Under the pieces are notes generated by a model. That model searched no databases. It was not told where the DNA came from and saw only the letters and a program-made list of their open reading frames with translations. Made by a program: the position numbers and the translations under genes. Source: Laetmonice hystrix (Eukaryota). Taken from it: a DNA stretch of 64,000 nucleotides. Below, in pieces: positions 1 through 12,938 of this stretch. The DNA is taken from the NCBI GenBank assembly GCA_965235115.1, contig OZ249441.1, forward strand, positions 23,126,001-23,190,000. The letters run 5' to 3'. Position 1 is the stretch's first letter, and each line of letters opens with the position of its first letter.

Positions 1-605
1 ATGATGTCACGACCCGAAGCTTTCCAAACATTCCTTGTGTCCTAGATGGACGACTAGGATCAAGGCAAAGCACAGGTGCCTCAGGTGTCACCCAATCAGA
101 ATCTAAGCTCTAATTGTTTGATAAATAACTAGGCCGTTTGACGACTTCTTAAGACATAATTAATACATGCATTAGGACCACAGGAATGTCTTAACGACAC
201 TTTGGCCTGGTATCATTCTTGCCACGGCTTCAGATCAAGAGGGCCCGCGTCAGTGTCTATACGTAAAGTTGCCTCCACTGAGGAGGTTACACTTTGAAAG
301 CTTCAAAGCTTTTCATATCTACCAGCAATGCCACAGCTCCTTCGGAAGTTTTCCTGCTATCACAAATCCCCATTGTTTTAAATCATTTGCATAGATAAAT
401 ATAGAAAAAGATCAAATCAGAGTTGCACGTGATCTTACGTTGAAGTCCTATTTTTGCGATTGTGGATACATAATGGCCATACTGAGGGTGATGCACACCT
501 GTTTACCTCATTCAATACAAACTCTACCTCTTATCAACGCTCTTTGATACTAAAACAAATTCACAAACCACTGAAGCTGTTATCAATGCAACACTACAGG
601 AACTA

Positions 606-863
<258 letters not shown>

Positions 864-1624
864 TCATTTAATATATATGACTAACTTTGCTACTCATAAA
901 ATAGCGAACATTATATACGGTACTTAAAATTGTTAGAACGTGCTCAAAATCCCTCGCTTTTCTCATCATGCATAAAGTAAAGGCGGGCAAACGTATTTCT
1001 CAGAAGGAATTTCCTTATATATATTTTATAATATGGCCTTAAACCTATAACCTCTCAGTTCAAATTCAAGGTCTTTCTTTGAGGTCCCTGACATCAGTCA
1101 TTTTGTAATTGCTATACTTCACATCAACCTTGGATGTAAATTATCACCAACATCATCAATGATGTTTCTGCTACTGAAGTGGCTGGGCTGACATGTCATC
1201 GATCATCATTCCTTACCGGACTGCGGCCCTGTCAAGTCTTATAGTTATAGGTTGTGAGTCCGGGCAACTGATGACTCCCCCCCCCCCCCCTCCCCCAAAC
1301 ACACACCTCCCTAGACTCATGGACTCATCATGACACGTGTATTATCTCTACGGCCTGCCATGTGCGCAGTTCTCCGCTGGCACGCGGTCAAAATATCCTG
1401 AACAAAGAATGGCAGACCGAGGCGGTGTGCCTTTGTCTTGGCGCACCATGGGTCAAAACGCTTGATGAACGTGGCCGATAGCAGGACCGTTTACACCCAA
1501 AACGGCCGCCACCTACATCATGTGGGGCTTGGCGCGAACAGACATGTCAATTAATGGAGTGACCCACTTGGATCGCGGTTAGAAGAAGGGGTGGGATGGG
1601 GGGAGGGTATAAATATTGGGGGTT

Positions 1625-1734
1625 CACCTGGGTCGACATGGCAGGTGTAAGGCCAGGTGTAAGAATGATCTACAGGTGGGGAATGGGATCACCTGCAGGA
1701 TCCTTACCTCATCTACAGGTATGTGCCTTTGATC
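1625..1734. promoter_or_regulatory. Candidate intronic enhancer: five CAGGTG/CACCTG E-boxes plus a TCF/LEF site
   Basis: CACCTG 1625, CAGGTG 1642, 1654, 1673, CACCTG 1690, CAGGTA 1716, CCTTTGATC 1726-1734, all inside Runx intron 1. Function is inferred. Confidence 0.4.
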
Positions 1735-3068
1735 TGCACATTATGTGAAAAATAAACAGGGTGATCTCATCACATTACGAAACATCCTTGAGACAAGGAT
1801 GTTTCAGATCAACCACCTGATATGATTCAATGTATGTAATGATTTTATAATAAAAGAAACTTTACATAACAAAGAGTTCGTTAATACTTTCCGGGCAGGT
1901 ATAAGGAAACATTAATTGCCCAGGGCAGGACAGTGGGTACATGTTTTAGAGGTATAGCACAGGCTCGCACCATATTATAATTAGGTGTGGTAGGTCATTG
2001 TGAGATTGGTATAAGTCTCTCCTCGACTGGCCAGCTGTACCGAGGATCGGATGATGAAGGACCCAGGAATGCTGCACAGTCACCTTTCCTGGCACATTCA
2101 CATGATTTACTGAGGGGAAAACACAGCCAATACCAGGAGATGGGACACTTCCTTTGATGGTGATTAGTAAAAAGGCCCAACATTCTGATCTAAGTTGCAT
2201 TCAGATTTTATTCTACCTTTTTTTTAAATACACTTTCTAAGTGTTTAGCATATAAAGAGGAACAAAGCTTCTTTGCCTGGAGGTGCCAACTTCCATGTGT
2301 CATCGCTGGTTTCCACAAGTACTTCCGGGTGTAGTGAGTGAGTTGGAGGTTAGGAACCGGTATAGTACTGAGTGTGTTTACCCGTTGCCACCCAATTAAC
2401 AGGTGTTAGTTTTCAGCTGGCAGGGCGGGGGCGGGGTATGGGAGGGGGGATCCACCACCAGTCACTATACTGACTGACAATTACCGGATGTCATCCACAT
2501 CCATTTCCTCATTGATGGAGTACCAGGACACTGGGGCACTGAGAGTCGGCCCCGGTAACACCTCACACAACCCCTCACCACCCTGAACCAGTGACAGCGT
2601 GTAGGCCTATATGTATACGGACATGCCACAGTTATGATACACATATGGCTTTCAGGATATGGGGCCTTCTCTCAGACATTCCCCTGCAATGCCACATCAC
2701 AGTCAACCCACCAGGAATGAATGTCACCCAAATAACACTGCTCAGACAGTGTCAGCCGCCCAGTGGCATTTTAATTAAAAAGATGGGGGATAACTTGGAG
2801 GAGTGACCCAACCCACATGATGGTATCATTACCGATGTCATTAATAGCCTAAAATATGAATCATCTTCCACGCTAGTATTTGATGAGGAACCATGTTCCA
2901 ATCAACACATCTATGGGTATAATATATCATTGTGTTATATTATACATACAACTCATATTTTACCATATAAAACTTTAAAACTTCTATCCTGCTAGTAGGC
3001 CTATCGGTTTGTCTAAATTGTACCACCCTCATACAGTGGTATAAATAGTACATGCACGTGTAGAATTA

Positions 3069-3291
3069 CCGTATATGTCCTATTTGCCGCGCATGCGCGT
3101 GTGCAGAAGGGGGGTGCGCGGCAAATGAATTATTTTAACGTTAAGGGGGCATTTTCTTCCCAAATAGGTCCCCAATATGAGTCCCCAATATGAGTTTTCC
3201 CAAATTTCCACCCCTGACAAACACATTGGGTTTAAAAAAATGCTGGGGTGCGCGGCAAATAGGAGGTGCGCGGCAAATAGGACATATACGG
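3069..3291. mobile_element. Tc1/mariner-superfamily MITE (CCGTA ends, Tc2/pogo-like)
   Basis: Perfect 27-bp inverted repeat including the flanking TA: TACCGTATATGTCCTATTTGCCGCGCA (3067-3093) and its reverse complement (3267-3293). Internal repeats of GGTGCGCGGCAAAT; no ORF. Confidence 0.85.
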
Positions 3292-4726
3292 TATGTGCCT
3301 AATAAAGCAGATATTTTTTTTCAAATTCTTCTATATGCTCCTGCTCAAATACGTACAAGGCAAATCTTTCTGAATATAACTCGAGGCAAATATAATCAGA
3401 AACTTGAAAGACCTTTTTAGCGCCTAAATGTGGGCCCATAGTAATCTTTGACATTTGCCGCTTGCACTGGAGGTTGTGGGTGGCCGAGGGAGAGACAGAT
3501 AGATAGATGGCTCACTCAGTTCCCCACTTAAGGAGAGTTCCGCCCACTTTGGGTGGGGGGTTAGTCAGTGGGCGCGTGATGCTGGCCAGGCCTGAGGCTA
3601 TTACTCTCTTGGATCAACAGGCTGCCTGTGTGCCCATCAGCTGTGTGGTGTTGGGGGTGGGGAGGTGGGTGGCAGCTCTCTTCAGTCCTGCCAGCAGTAG
3701 GCTCAGTCCCAGATCCTTATATTACCTGGGCTTAACCACATCTTTCAAGTCAAACTGACACTCCCCACACACTGCCATCAGCAACTACCCACACTATCAC
3801 CTGTTGTAGAAATCCAGGCATGCAGTCAAGGCTGAAAAATCGGTTATTCAGCGTGGGGAGAAGTTGTTAAAAATGAAATCTCTTAAATAGATACAGCTTG
3901 CAACCTTGGCATAACTGAGAAGGATTATCCTGGGAAACGTAATTAACTTTAATTTGGTGATACCTCCTGGACACTAAAATCAAGATTCAGAAAACCTCTA
4001 CAAACTTCCTGTTGGGTTACAGTAGGAGTGATTTTTTTAAAAGCCAAAGGGGCATAATTTTATCAATTTCAAGATGCAATATTGTCAAATCTTGTTGAGG
4101 TGTAACTTATCACTAAAATGTTTTAATAAAGTTTTTGTCAAATTAAGTAAACTATTGACAGGTATAGATATTTATAAAAGTATACAAAAGTATGCAAAAA
4201 GGCAGGCAAATAAAAAGCCCGGGGATTTTATCAATTCATTCATAACAGCTTTTCCACTGGCAGAGCTAATGGTTGTGCAGTCTAATATCTTACCCCTCGC
4301 ATGGATGGTTGAATTGTAGGCCTACAAAGAAAACACCCTGGTGACACACTGCCTGGAGGAGTATGACATTTCAACAATCCATCAACTCCTCAACAGGTTG
4401 TCATGTTTTATGCACGTCAATCTGTCAAGAGCTAAACCGAGTCAGTCAAATCCCTCTCAGTATTTATAGGAGCTGTTTACAACATTTCAATCCATCACTA
4501 GAGTTGGCACCGTTACAAGTGTATACTCAGCTATCAGGAATGAAAACATAGGGACGCCCTATCCCGTTACGATAACAACACCCCGAGAGAACTGCTGACA
4601 CAACCAACTCACCTTACCAGTGTCATATGAAGCCACAACAACGAGGCGGAACTAGCGCGCCCTGCCTATCTCTGACACATCATACTATGATAACTATCAT
4701 ACTATAGCAACAATCTGCAAACTTCA

Positions 4727-5230
<504 letters not shown>

Positions 5231-6295
5231 TCATCATCGCGGCCGACCTACACATGTATACGTCCGCCGCCGTGCGTGTATTTTGAATTTCTTAAACAGC
5301 TAGCACAATGCACATAATTTAGAATTACTGCAGTCCCAGATAGTCTAATTCTATACGTCATATTTATATTGATTGTCATTATAAAGAAAGAGCAAAATTT
5401 GCTTCTTGGTAGGGAACTACTTTTTCTAGGCGGAGTGCTGTGCGCAAATTGGTTGTCAATCACACAGAGGAATGTCATTCACTGGTCCGCGTGTGGCCGA
5501 TCAAACAGTGAATCAGTTGGTGCGCGTAGAATCAACATGAGAGTGTACACTTGTAGGAGTCGTCTACCGACCGGTCTTCGAAACATCAACACAGCTTCAA
5601 ACACACACTAATGCCTTCGAGGAAATCATATTTCCTAAATATGCACACTAAGTCCACTAAACCTTCCTACACATTGACAATCTGCTGTCACTGGCCGAGA
5701 TTTATAGGGCTTGGTTGCCAACTACAAAATGCACTCCTTCACTGAGGAGTCCTGGCGAGAGTAGGCCGAGACATGAACTATCGTACTCAAATTCTAGCGA
5801 AACTAGGTGTCGGTGTCATTCATGCATGCACCAACGTACGCCCTCACTAAGTGAAGTGCGCAAAAAGAAACTTGACCGTGTTGTCCTTGGCTAGGGCTGC
5901 GTATTCTTCCAACTTAAACCCGAAATTAACACTGGGATAATCGTAACAACTTAACAACTCTATGTAGGCCTAGGCTAAGCCTAGACTAAGGGATGGGCGA
6001 AGGCCTATACTTAGCTACTATGAAGATCGTAGATCCCTGACCTCGTACTAACCTGGGTCATCACATTATGCTGCGCTAAAAGCACCTTTCAAAAGGACTG
6101 AAACCAACGAAATGGCATGCTCATTACTATCCTACCTTAGCACACACATTTCCATTGCATTCCTGTTGAGTGGGCGTTGCGATTTCAGAACGATCGACGA
6201 GGCTAAAGACTAAAGTACTATTTACGTTGTCCGCGAGTGATGCTCCACGCGTTCATGGGACGCAGTCAAGCCCGGTGTTTATTTATTAATCAAAC

Positions 6296-6336
6296 TGAGC
6301 ATGCGCACTTCAGAGCGCACTTTCCAAAATGGCTGC
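6296..6336 (+). promoter_or_regulatory. Housekeeping-type promoter of the plus-strand gene (NRF1-like and YY1 motifs)
   Basis: TGAGCATGCGCA 6296-6307 (one mismatch to the NRF1 palindrome) and CAAAATGGCTGC 6325-6336 (YY1), just upstream of a Kozak ATG exon; no TATA box seen. Confidence 0.5.
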
Positions 6337-6394
6337 GATCTGCTGGGACTTCCCGAGGTGCTAAATTTACACAAACAAATTACACTGTTGCGCC

Positions 6395-6475
6395 ATGAAC
6401 AAGAGTAAACAGAAATCGAAGAAGTCTGATAAAGGGCAGAGTCAGAAAGATGAGAATCGTGCTACAGAAACGAAG
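6395..6475 (+). CDS. Supt3h: Putative first coding exon of Supt3h (MNKSKQKSKKSDKGQSQKDENRATETK)
   Basis: GCCATG Kozak start, 27 open codons and a strong phase-0 donor AAG|GTAAGG. It splices in frame to the acceptor at 9760. No homology evidence for this peptide itself. Confidence 0.6.
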
Positions 6476-9400
6476 GTAAGGGGCTAGGGAGGCGCGGCAG
6501 CAGTGCGAGACAATGGGAGTCGGGTATTATCGCCCACGTAGTGACGTACAACACACGTACGACAGACGCTGATGTCTCGGTCGTGATGGTTTGACATTCG
6601 GCGTTAGAAACGAGAGACCGAGCGATACTGCGGGTCATACTGCGTGGGTGTTTAGCTTGACCTTGTTCTTGACACCTTGAACGAGGGTGTTAGCACATGC
6701 TGCCTTTAGTACTGTCACTGGTGGATCCAGGGTTGGGGGTGGGGAACCCCCTGGAAGACAGCCATCGAGTCCGATTGGCGACTAGTCTAGTCGAGGCCGA
6801 GGGTCGGACCGGGGCCGTACGGTTGCCCCCCCCCCCCCCGCCCCCCCCGCAACCTTCCCCCCGCCCCCCCCCCCCCCTAAAATGTTCCTGAGTCCGCCCA
6901 TGAGAAGACACGTGCTCAGCTGTGATGGGCTTATGTGTCGTTGGGGTTACACTTAGGTGGGATGGCGTAATTCTAATCCTTCCCAGTCCATATACTGAGT
7001 GAGCAGCATTAGTACCGCTAACATAGTTGTTTAATGACGGAGCAGTGATGTCCTTGATCAATGACAATGAACAGAGTACCCCAGACCCAGTAGTCCCCCT
7101 TTGTCTTGAACATAAAACAAATCAATAAAGTGAATGTTAAACACATCTTAAATTGCATGGGGCGTAAAAGCCCAACTAGCATAGATGTAGACATGCTGAT
7201 GGATGTTACAATATAGTTATAATGTATAAAAGTGTTTTATTACAAACTTGTGCCAGCCCAATGCCTTGCTGCAGTTAAGCTGTTTGTATTTAGTTGTATA
7301 TTTTTCATCCTTTAACTTTGGAATCTAGCAAACATGTTGTATAATGTGAAGATTTATAAATAAGCAAAGGTCTGAAAATTGCATTTATCCTCAGCTATGT
7401 GTTGACTGTTGTGCCATTGGCACCCACACCCACAACTGATCATTACGTTACCGTTACACTATTCATTCAAGAAAGTGCCTTAATAATATTGATGTAGGCT
7501 GATTCTAAGGACAGTTTGACCATTCCAACTTTATCTTACCAACTGAATGTCACTTAATGTGAAACTGTAGTGTATAGGTTCGACCTCCCTCCTTATAATC
7601 CTATAAGTCAAGACCCAGCTATATCTAATGGTTGAGATGAGCTGATATCAATACAGATTTAGGCATAACATATAGTAAGATGAAGGATCACTCACTGTGA
7701 CAAGGTTGTTGTGGCGACCACATGGCTGGAGCAAGCACCATGGCTGACCGGCTTATGGCAAGAACTCCACCTACTCCCCAGACTTGTGGCCTGTACTGGT
7801 GTCAGTTGGGTGCAGCCGCACCTGATATGAACCTCATTGGGCCACGTGGTCAAACCATGTGACACTGAATCATACACGGACTTCCCTCCGGTACCAGTAA
7901 ATAACATTTCCCGGGGCAGCCTATGTGTACTAAACCCTGTTGTCTGTCGAGGGTGTTACAAGTACTGTACCCTGGATCGACCATGGTTACCTCTGTCATA
8001 TTTTGTGGTGTGATATCTTTGACAGTGCGACAACTATTTTGGCATCAGATTCATTCTGTGTTTACATAGATTATTCGTACTCGGTAAAAGATGTTTATAA
8101 ATATCTGAATGTAACATTGTATCTATAAGTTTGCTTCTAGCAGAAAGAAACAAAGATTGTTATTATTTCAAGTGTTGGCTGTTTTATCTTATCTTAGAAT
8201 GTCTCATCATGAAGTTGATCTAAGTATATTGTTATGGAGTACTTTCTCCTGATGAGAGTGTGAAAAAGAAAAGTTTCCTTAACATCTTTCAGCTTTTATA
8301 AATCGGTGGCATTAAGTATTGGCATACATATTCGTGTAGAATTAAGTGATTTCTTTAAAGATATCTAGATAACGCCCTGGAGATATTAAAGACAATCTAC
8401 AAGTATATGTAACTTCCAAAATTAGACAGCCACCACATCTTGATTTCTTTTCCTGCCTTTTTCTTTCTTTCAGGATTTGATTTTTGAGTTGTCTATCGCC
8501 AACTCTTGAAGTGCTTTGGTTTAGTGATTGAAGGTATTGTGGTGCATTTTGTTTGTATTTATTTTGAATGTCGTGACACAGGTGCACCTGTATGACCCAA
8601 GCTTTACATGTGATATATATACATGCCCCCCCCCTCCCCACCCGTTGCCTCAGTAGACTAAAGTATATTTAGTTTAAAGCAAGAGGAACTTATAGTGCTC
8701 AGCACTTTTTCACAATGAGATATGCTTACCTCGCAGTCCCATTGAAACAAATGTATATAGAGTACATGTGTACACGTGTCATTTAAGAAGTTTGGTCACA
8801 TGATCACAGTGGTTGAAGTGTGTGGCTTCCTCGGTTTTCTTGACTCAATGCATTATGTCATTGTGTTCAGCAAGCCTTCGTCATTATCTTGAGAAATCAA
8901 TTTGAAAATCATATCCTCACAGTAATGATATTATTGTCATTCCCGCCTCACAAACCTCCTTTACTGCCCCACTAATGTTTTACTGTGTAATGCTTGAACG
9001 ATTTTGACCTGATTGGTGTAGTACAAGGTAAATTTGTTTAACAGTGTGTAACGCCTCATGTACACCTGGTGCGTGCACATCAAGGTTACCATCCGTAGTA
9101 GATATGTGATTTGTAATGTCTTCCATGACGTCACACACTTTAGTACTGACTGACTGTGACATGTGTATGTCCGGCCCCTGTCCACCTGCCGAGTGCTTGG
9201 TGCTTTACTCTAGTGCGGCCACTGCCGGCTGCAGGGAGAACGACTATTAGTTCCCGGGCTAGCCGCGAGGTGGCGTCCTTGTATTGCAGTCCGTGTGGTT
9301 GCTGGCGCTCCTTCCCCAAGAGAGAGTGATAGGGGTTCGTCAATGCATGGGTTAGGTAGGGGTGGTTAGGTTCCAGACACGGTTGTGGTTATTTTGGGGA

Positions 9401-9760
9401 AGAATCTTCCGATTATAGACATTCCGATTAAAGAGTATGCCTAGTAAATATAAATTTGTTAAGCTAATGCAATGATAATTTCTCTCATTTTGAATACAAA
9501 TTGGTGCCTTATTTTGGCAATATATTTGTGGACTGTAATGTTAAGAATATATACTGCATGAGGTTTTTATTACTAACCTTAAATCTGGAACTTTAGTTAT
9601 GTCAAACTCTTGCCTATTTAGTAAATTGCACGGGGATCCTATTGTAGGATTCCATTTAGCGTTAGACCTATTGTTTTTCACAAGAGACCGTTGTCTGCTA
9701 TGATGTTTACATGCCGTTTTGAGGAGGTCACTTACGGCTGTGTTGTGCTGTGTTGTTTAG

Positions 9761-9939
9761 ATGAACTCGGCGGTGGCCACCGAAAGCCCCACGGTGACCG
9801 GCACGACTCAGGCCCCCGCCCCAGTCCCCGCCCCGACTCCCGGCGGACCCCCGCCGCCGTCCACCCTGGGAGCTTCACCGCCCACCGCCTCCAGACCCTC
9901 GCCGGCCGCCTGGTTCACCACCGAGATCCAGCAGATGAT
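9761..9939 (+). CDS. Supt3h: Supt3h (Spt3, SAGA histone-fold subunit) N-terminal coding exon
   Basis: Acceptor TGTTGTTTAG|ATG. The peptide ends WFTTEIQQM-M, matching human SUPT3H SFATELQSMM, with a phase-2 donor ATG AT|GTGAGT at the position I recall for human. It lies opposite Runx, consistent with the known Runx-Supt3h linkage. Confidence 0.8.
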
Positions 9940-11891
9940 GTGAGTGTCTTTACTCCTATAGCTGGTAATTGGTTAATATAGAAATTAAAAACTTATTTTT
10001 AAGCAGCTCCGCGCTGTGCAGTGTAGACCAGTGAAAGCCTACAGATGACAACAGCTAACCCGTGATCATGTATGCACTATATTGAAAACAACTGTCTGAA
10101 TGAATTGCCAAACGGTCAACTTTTTACTTAGTAGCATGAACAGGTTATGCGGCCCAGTCAGTATTTTGACGGATCTCAGAAAGAGCTTGCCTTATTTTTA
10201 TTGGCAAGGGGCGAGGTCCCTGGGACAATATTCCTGTTCCCGATATCTTGATCTACAAAACACAGGATCAGAACACGTGAAATTTAATTTCCTATCAGTT
10301 TTTTTTCCAACGAAGGAGACTGACTGGTTTGATTTGATTTTGTTGTTAGGAGACTCAAAACGAACGCAGGTCAATATGTAGATGAACTGTGTTTACTCGG
10401 TGACAAATGTTCATCTATAGTTTGTGGGAAAAATCTCATTTTTGTGTTTAAAATAAAGAGTAATTTGTTTATTACAGCCAGGTGTAGAATTAATTCTGAT
10501 GTAGATGTTTTAAATATAAATCTCTGTGAAAGGTTTTAGCTGCACGTTTTCATGTTGTACATGTTGGGTTTGCTTTACAGACATTTCTTCATATCTTGCT
10601 TGCTTTTCTTTATACTTGACCCACAATTTGTATTTATACTGTGACAAAAGTTTATTTCAGATACATGTATGTTAATTACTTCGCCGAACATTTTTATCCC
10701 GCAGTTTTTATCATTTTGTTATTATAATATGGTTACGTATACATGGATCAAACATTTCCCTCTTTGCCTTGTCTAATAATGAATATCAGGTGTCAGCTGA
10801 TCGATTTAAATTAGAATTTAGAAGCGAAGTAAAACTCCACCTTGTTTTTCTGCCTGCGTGATGACTGTCCCATCCAACAAAGAACGTTTATTAAAGGTTT
10901 TATGAACGTTATAGTGTCTGACTAAGACGTTTTGATGACGTTATCTGTGAGCCGTGGCGCGGCAGGAACAGTTGGTTGTAACCGTTACCTCTGGTATTTG
11001 GCCTCAGTATGCGGGGTTACGGCTTGAAATTCTCCATCTCTCATTCACATCACTAGTCAACCTGCTCATCAATTAGCCAGGCAGGCTTTTATGAATACAT
11101 AACTGGCCCTTGCATGTTGATTCAGTTGTTGACACCCTGGCCCCTGCTCCCGGGGTGAAACAGCAAACAACAGCCGCTGTGATTATCCATTTGATGATGG
11201 CGACCTCTCGCGTGTCGATTACGGCTCGTGACGGCCGGCCCAGCGTGACAGGCGCAATATGGACTCATTATCAACAGATTTTGATGAATTCATGAGGGGA
11301 AACTGCAGAGGTGCTCGTCGGTTGTAAGGGAGCAGGGAGGGAGCGGGGGGGGATCCGTTATGGCGCAGGAAGTTGAGAAATGGCTACGGAACTAAGTCAT
11401 GTTGCTAGCCATTGTCCATTGTCTCCGCACATGAAACGGGAAACCATTTACTGATTTTTATATCTCATTCACCAGTGCAAATGGGTTCTTGGTAATCTCT
11501 TCTGAACACTTCCAGGCTATTTAATTCATCAATGAAAACCTTGAAAAAGAGTTGTTTGATTCATTATGAAAAAAGAAGTTGCGAGATGTTCAGCTTTCTA
11601 TAGTTATCATTGAAGAGTAAGAGTGGGAAAAAGTGGAGGGTTGAGGGTTGTATGACACAAAAGATGAAAGTGCTCTATGGAGGGGGCTCATTATGACGGG
11701 GCTGGGAAAACTTCAAGATGTGCTGCATGGGCTGGCACTGTCACGGTCCGAGCAATTAAAAGGGGTGCTAATAGGAAGAGGGTAAAAACTGAAGTGGCCT
11801 ACCTGAGAGGCCTGGCGGGGGGGGGGGGGGGGTAGCTGGTGGGTGGGGTGGGGGTTGGGGTGATGCAGGGGTAACTGTAAGGTCGGGGGCG

Positions 11892-12878
11892 ATGCCCTTT
11901 GTCTTGCCCAGAGTCCTACGCCCACGCACTCTCGAATTATTGTTGAACCAGCAGAAGGAGCGGGGCACACTTTTTTGGAACGAGATGTCCAGCCAGAGAC
12001 CAAATAAGCGTGGAGTTGACCAACTGAAAACTGGTCTCTCTCCACCATTGCAACGTACCCGAAGCGAAGGCTCGTTGGCACCGGTTAGCTCTGAAGGGGA
12101 TCCAGAGGTGACTATTACTGATTTAGACACCTTATCGGTCGCAGCCTATGGCCCTCCCCCACCTACCACAGTTCGGTGTGTAGCCCAGCCGGCTACCAGC
12201 GCCGAGGTTGCGGCACTTCGGGAACTAATGGTCGAGATGAACAGAAATATGGAGAGGCGCCTTTCTCATTTGGAAAAAGGGATGAAGACTTATGTTAATG
12301 AAATCCTGGACGAAAAGCTGGAGGATATAAGAAGGTACGTAGATACGGAGGTTGGATTAGTGCATGAGAAGATCGACGAACTGGAACGGCGGGTCACCCA
12401 GGTGCAGTCACTACATGAGTTCGATCAAGAGGTCACGGTCGTGGCCATCGGCGTGGCAGCGGATCGCAATGAAACCCCACGACAAGTCGCACAGGATCTA
12501 GTGAGTAATGACCTAGGTTTGTCCCAAACCCAAGTTGTTCGTGCCCTCCGAATGAAGACAAGGGACCCCACGAAACCTGGCCTGTTGAAGATAGAGCTGA
12601 AGTCAAGGGAGGACAAAATTAAGGTGCTTCGTGCCAAGGTAAATTTGAAGAATAGACGCCCAACAGTGTTTCTCCGGTCATCCCAAACATATGCAGAGAG
12701 GTTGCTGAGATCGAATCTGGAGACTGTCCTTAAAGAGTTGCCAAACGGAGACAAATATACGGTGTTAGGAAGCGGAAAGATCGTGGTTAGGGAAGAGCGG
12801 AGATCAGAACGTCGAATAGCGCCGAACATCTCAACAAGTCCAAGGCAAGCGGGTACCTCCAGAACTGATCATGCTTGA
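11892..12878 (+). CDS. LINE ORF1 protein (coiled coil plus L1/Tnp22-type RRM-like region)
   Basis: Heptad-rich segment (LRELMVEMNRNMERRL...IDELERRVTQV) followed by VVAIGV...VRALRM...KPGLLKIELKSREDKIKVLRAK...QTYAER. The true start may be the ATG at 11892 or 11985. Confidence 0.85.
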   Translation: MPFVLPRVLRPRTLELLLNQQKERGTLFWNEMSSQRPNKRGVDQLKTGLSPPLQRTRSEGSLAPVSSEGDPEVTITDLDTLSVAAYGPPPPTTVRCVAQPATSAEVAALRELMVEMNRNMERRLSHLEKGMKTYVNEILDEKLEDIRRYVDTEVGLVHEKIDELERRVTQVQSLHEFDQEVTVVAIGVAADRNETPRQVAQDLVSNDLGLSQTQVVRALRMKTRDPTKPGLLKIELKSREDKIKVLRAKVNLKNRRPTVFLRSSQTYAERLLRSNLETVLKELPNGDKYTVLGSGKIVVREERRSERRIAPNISTSPRQAGTSRTDHA

Positions 12879-12938
12879 AATGGAACGGACGCTATTAATC
12901 GTAGCAATCCAGGGTATCTGAAGGAAAAACTATCCCTA

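Noticed and set aside
8400-8810. Possible L2/CR1 relic on the minus strand (DHVTKLLK, APQYLQSL)
   Set aside because: Only two short motifs, spaced too far apart; not supportable without a search.
8980-9162. Protein-like 60-aa minus-strand ORF in Supt3h intron 1
   Set aside because: No splice signals or recognisable homology.
10340-10381. LGDSKRTQ as Supt3h exon 3 (human LGDARRP)
   Set aside because: Wrong phase for the upstream donor, lacks the preceding aromatic residue, and stops after a few codons.
11813-11871. G-quadruplex-like tract upstream of LINE ORF1
   Set aside because: Poly-G/C tracts are frequent throughout the window, and it cannot be assigned to the element.
12425-12829. 134-aa minus-strand ORF
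   Set aside because: Antisense to LINE ORF1.
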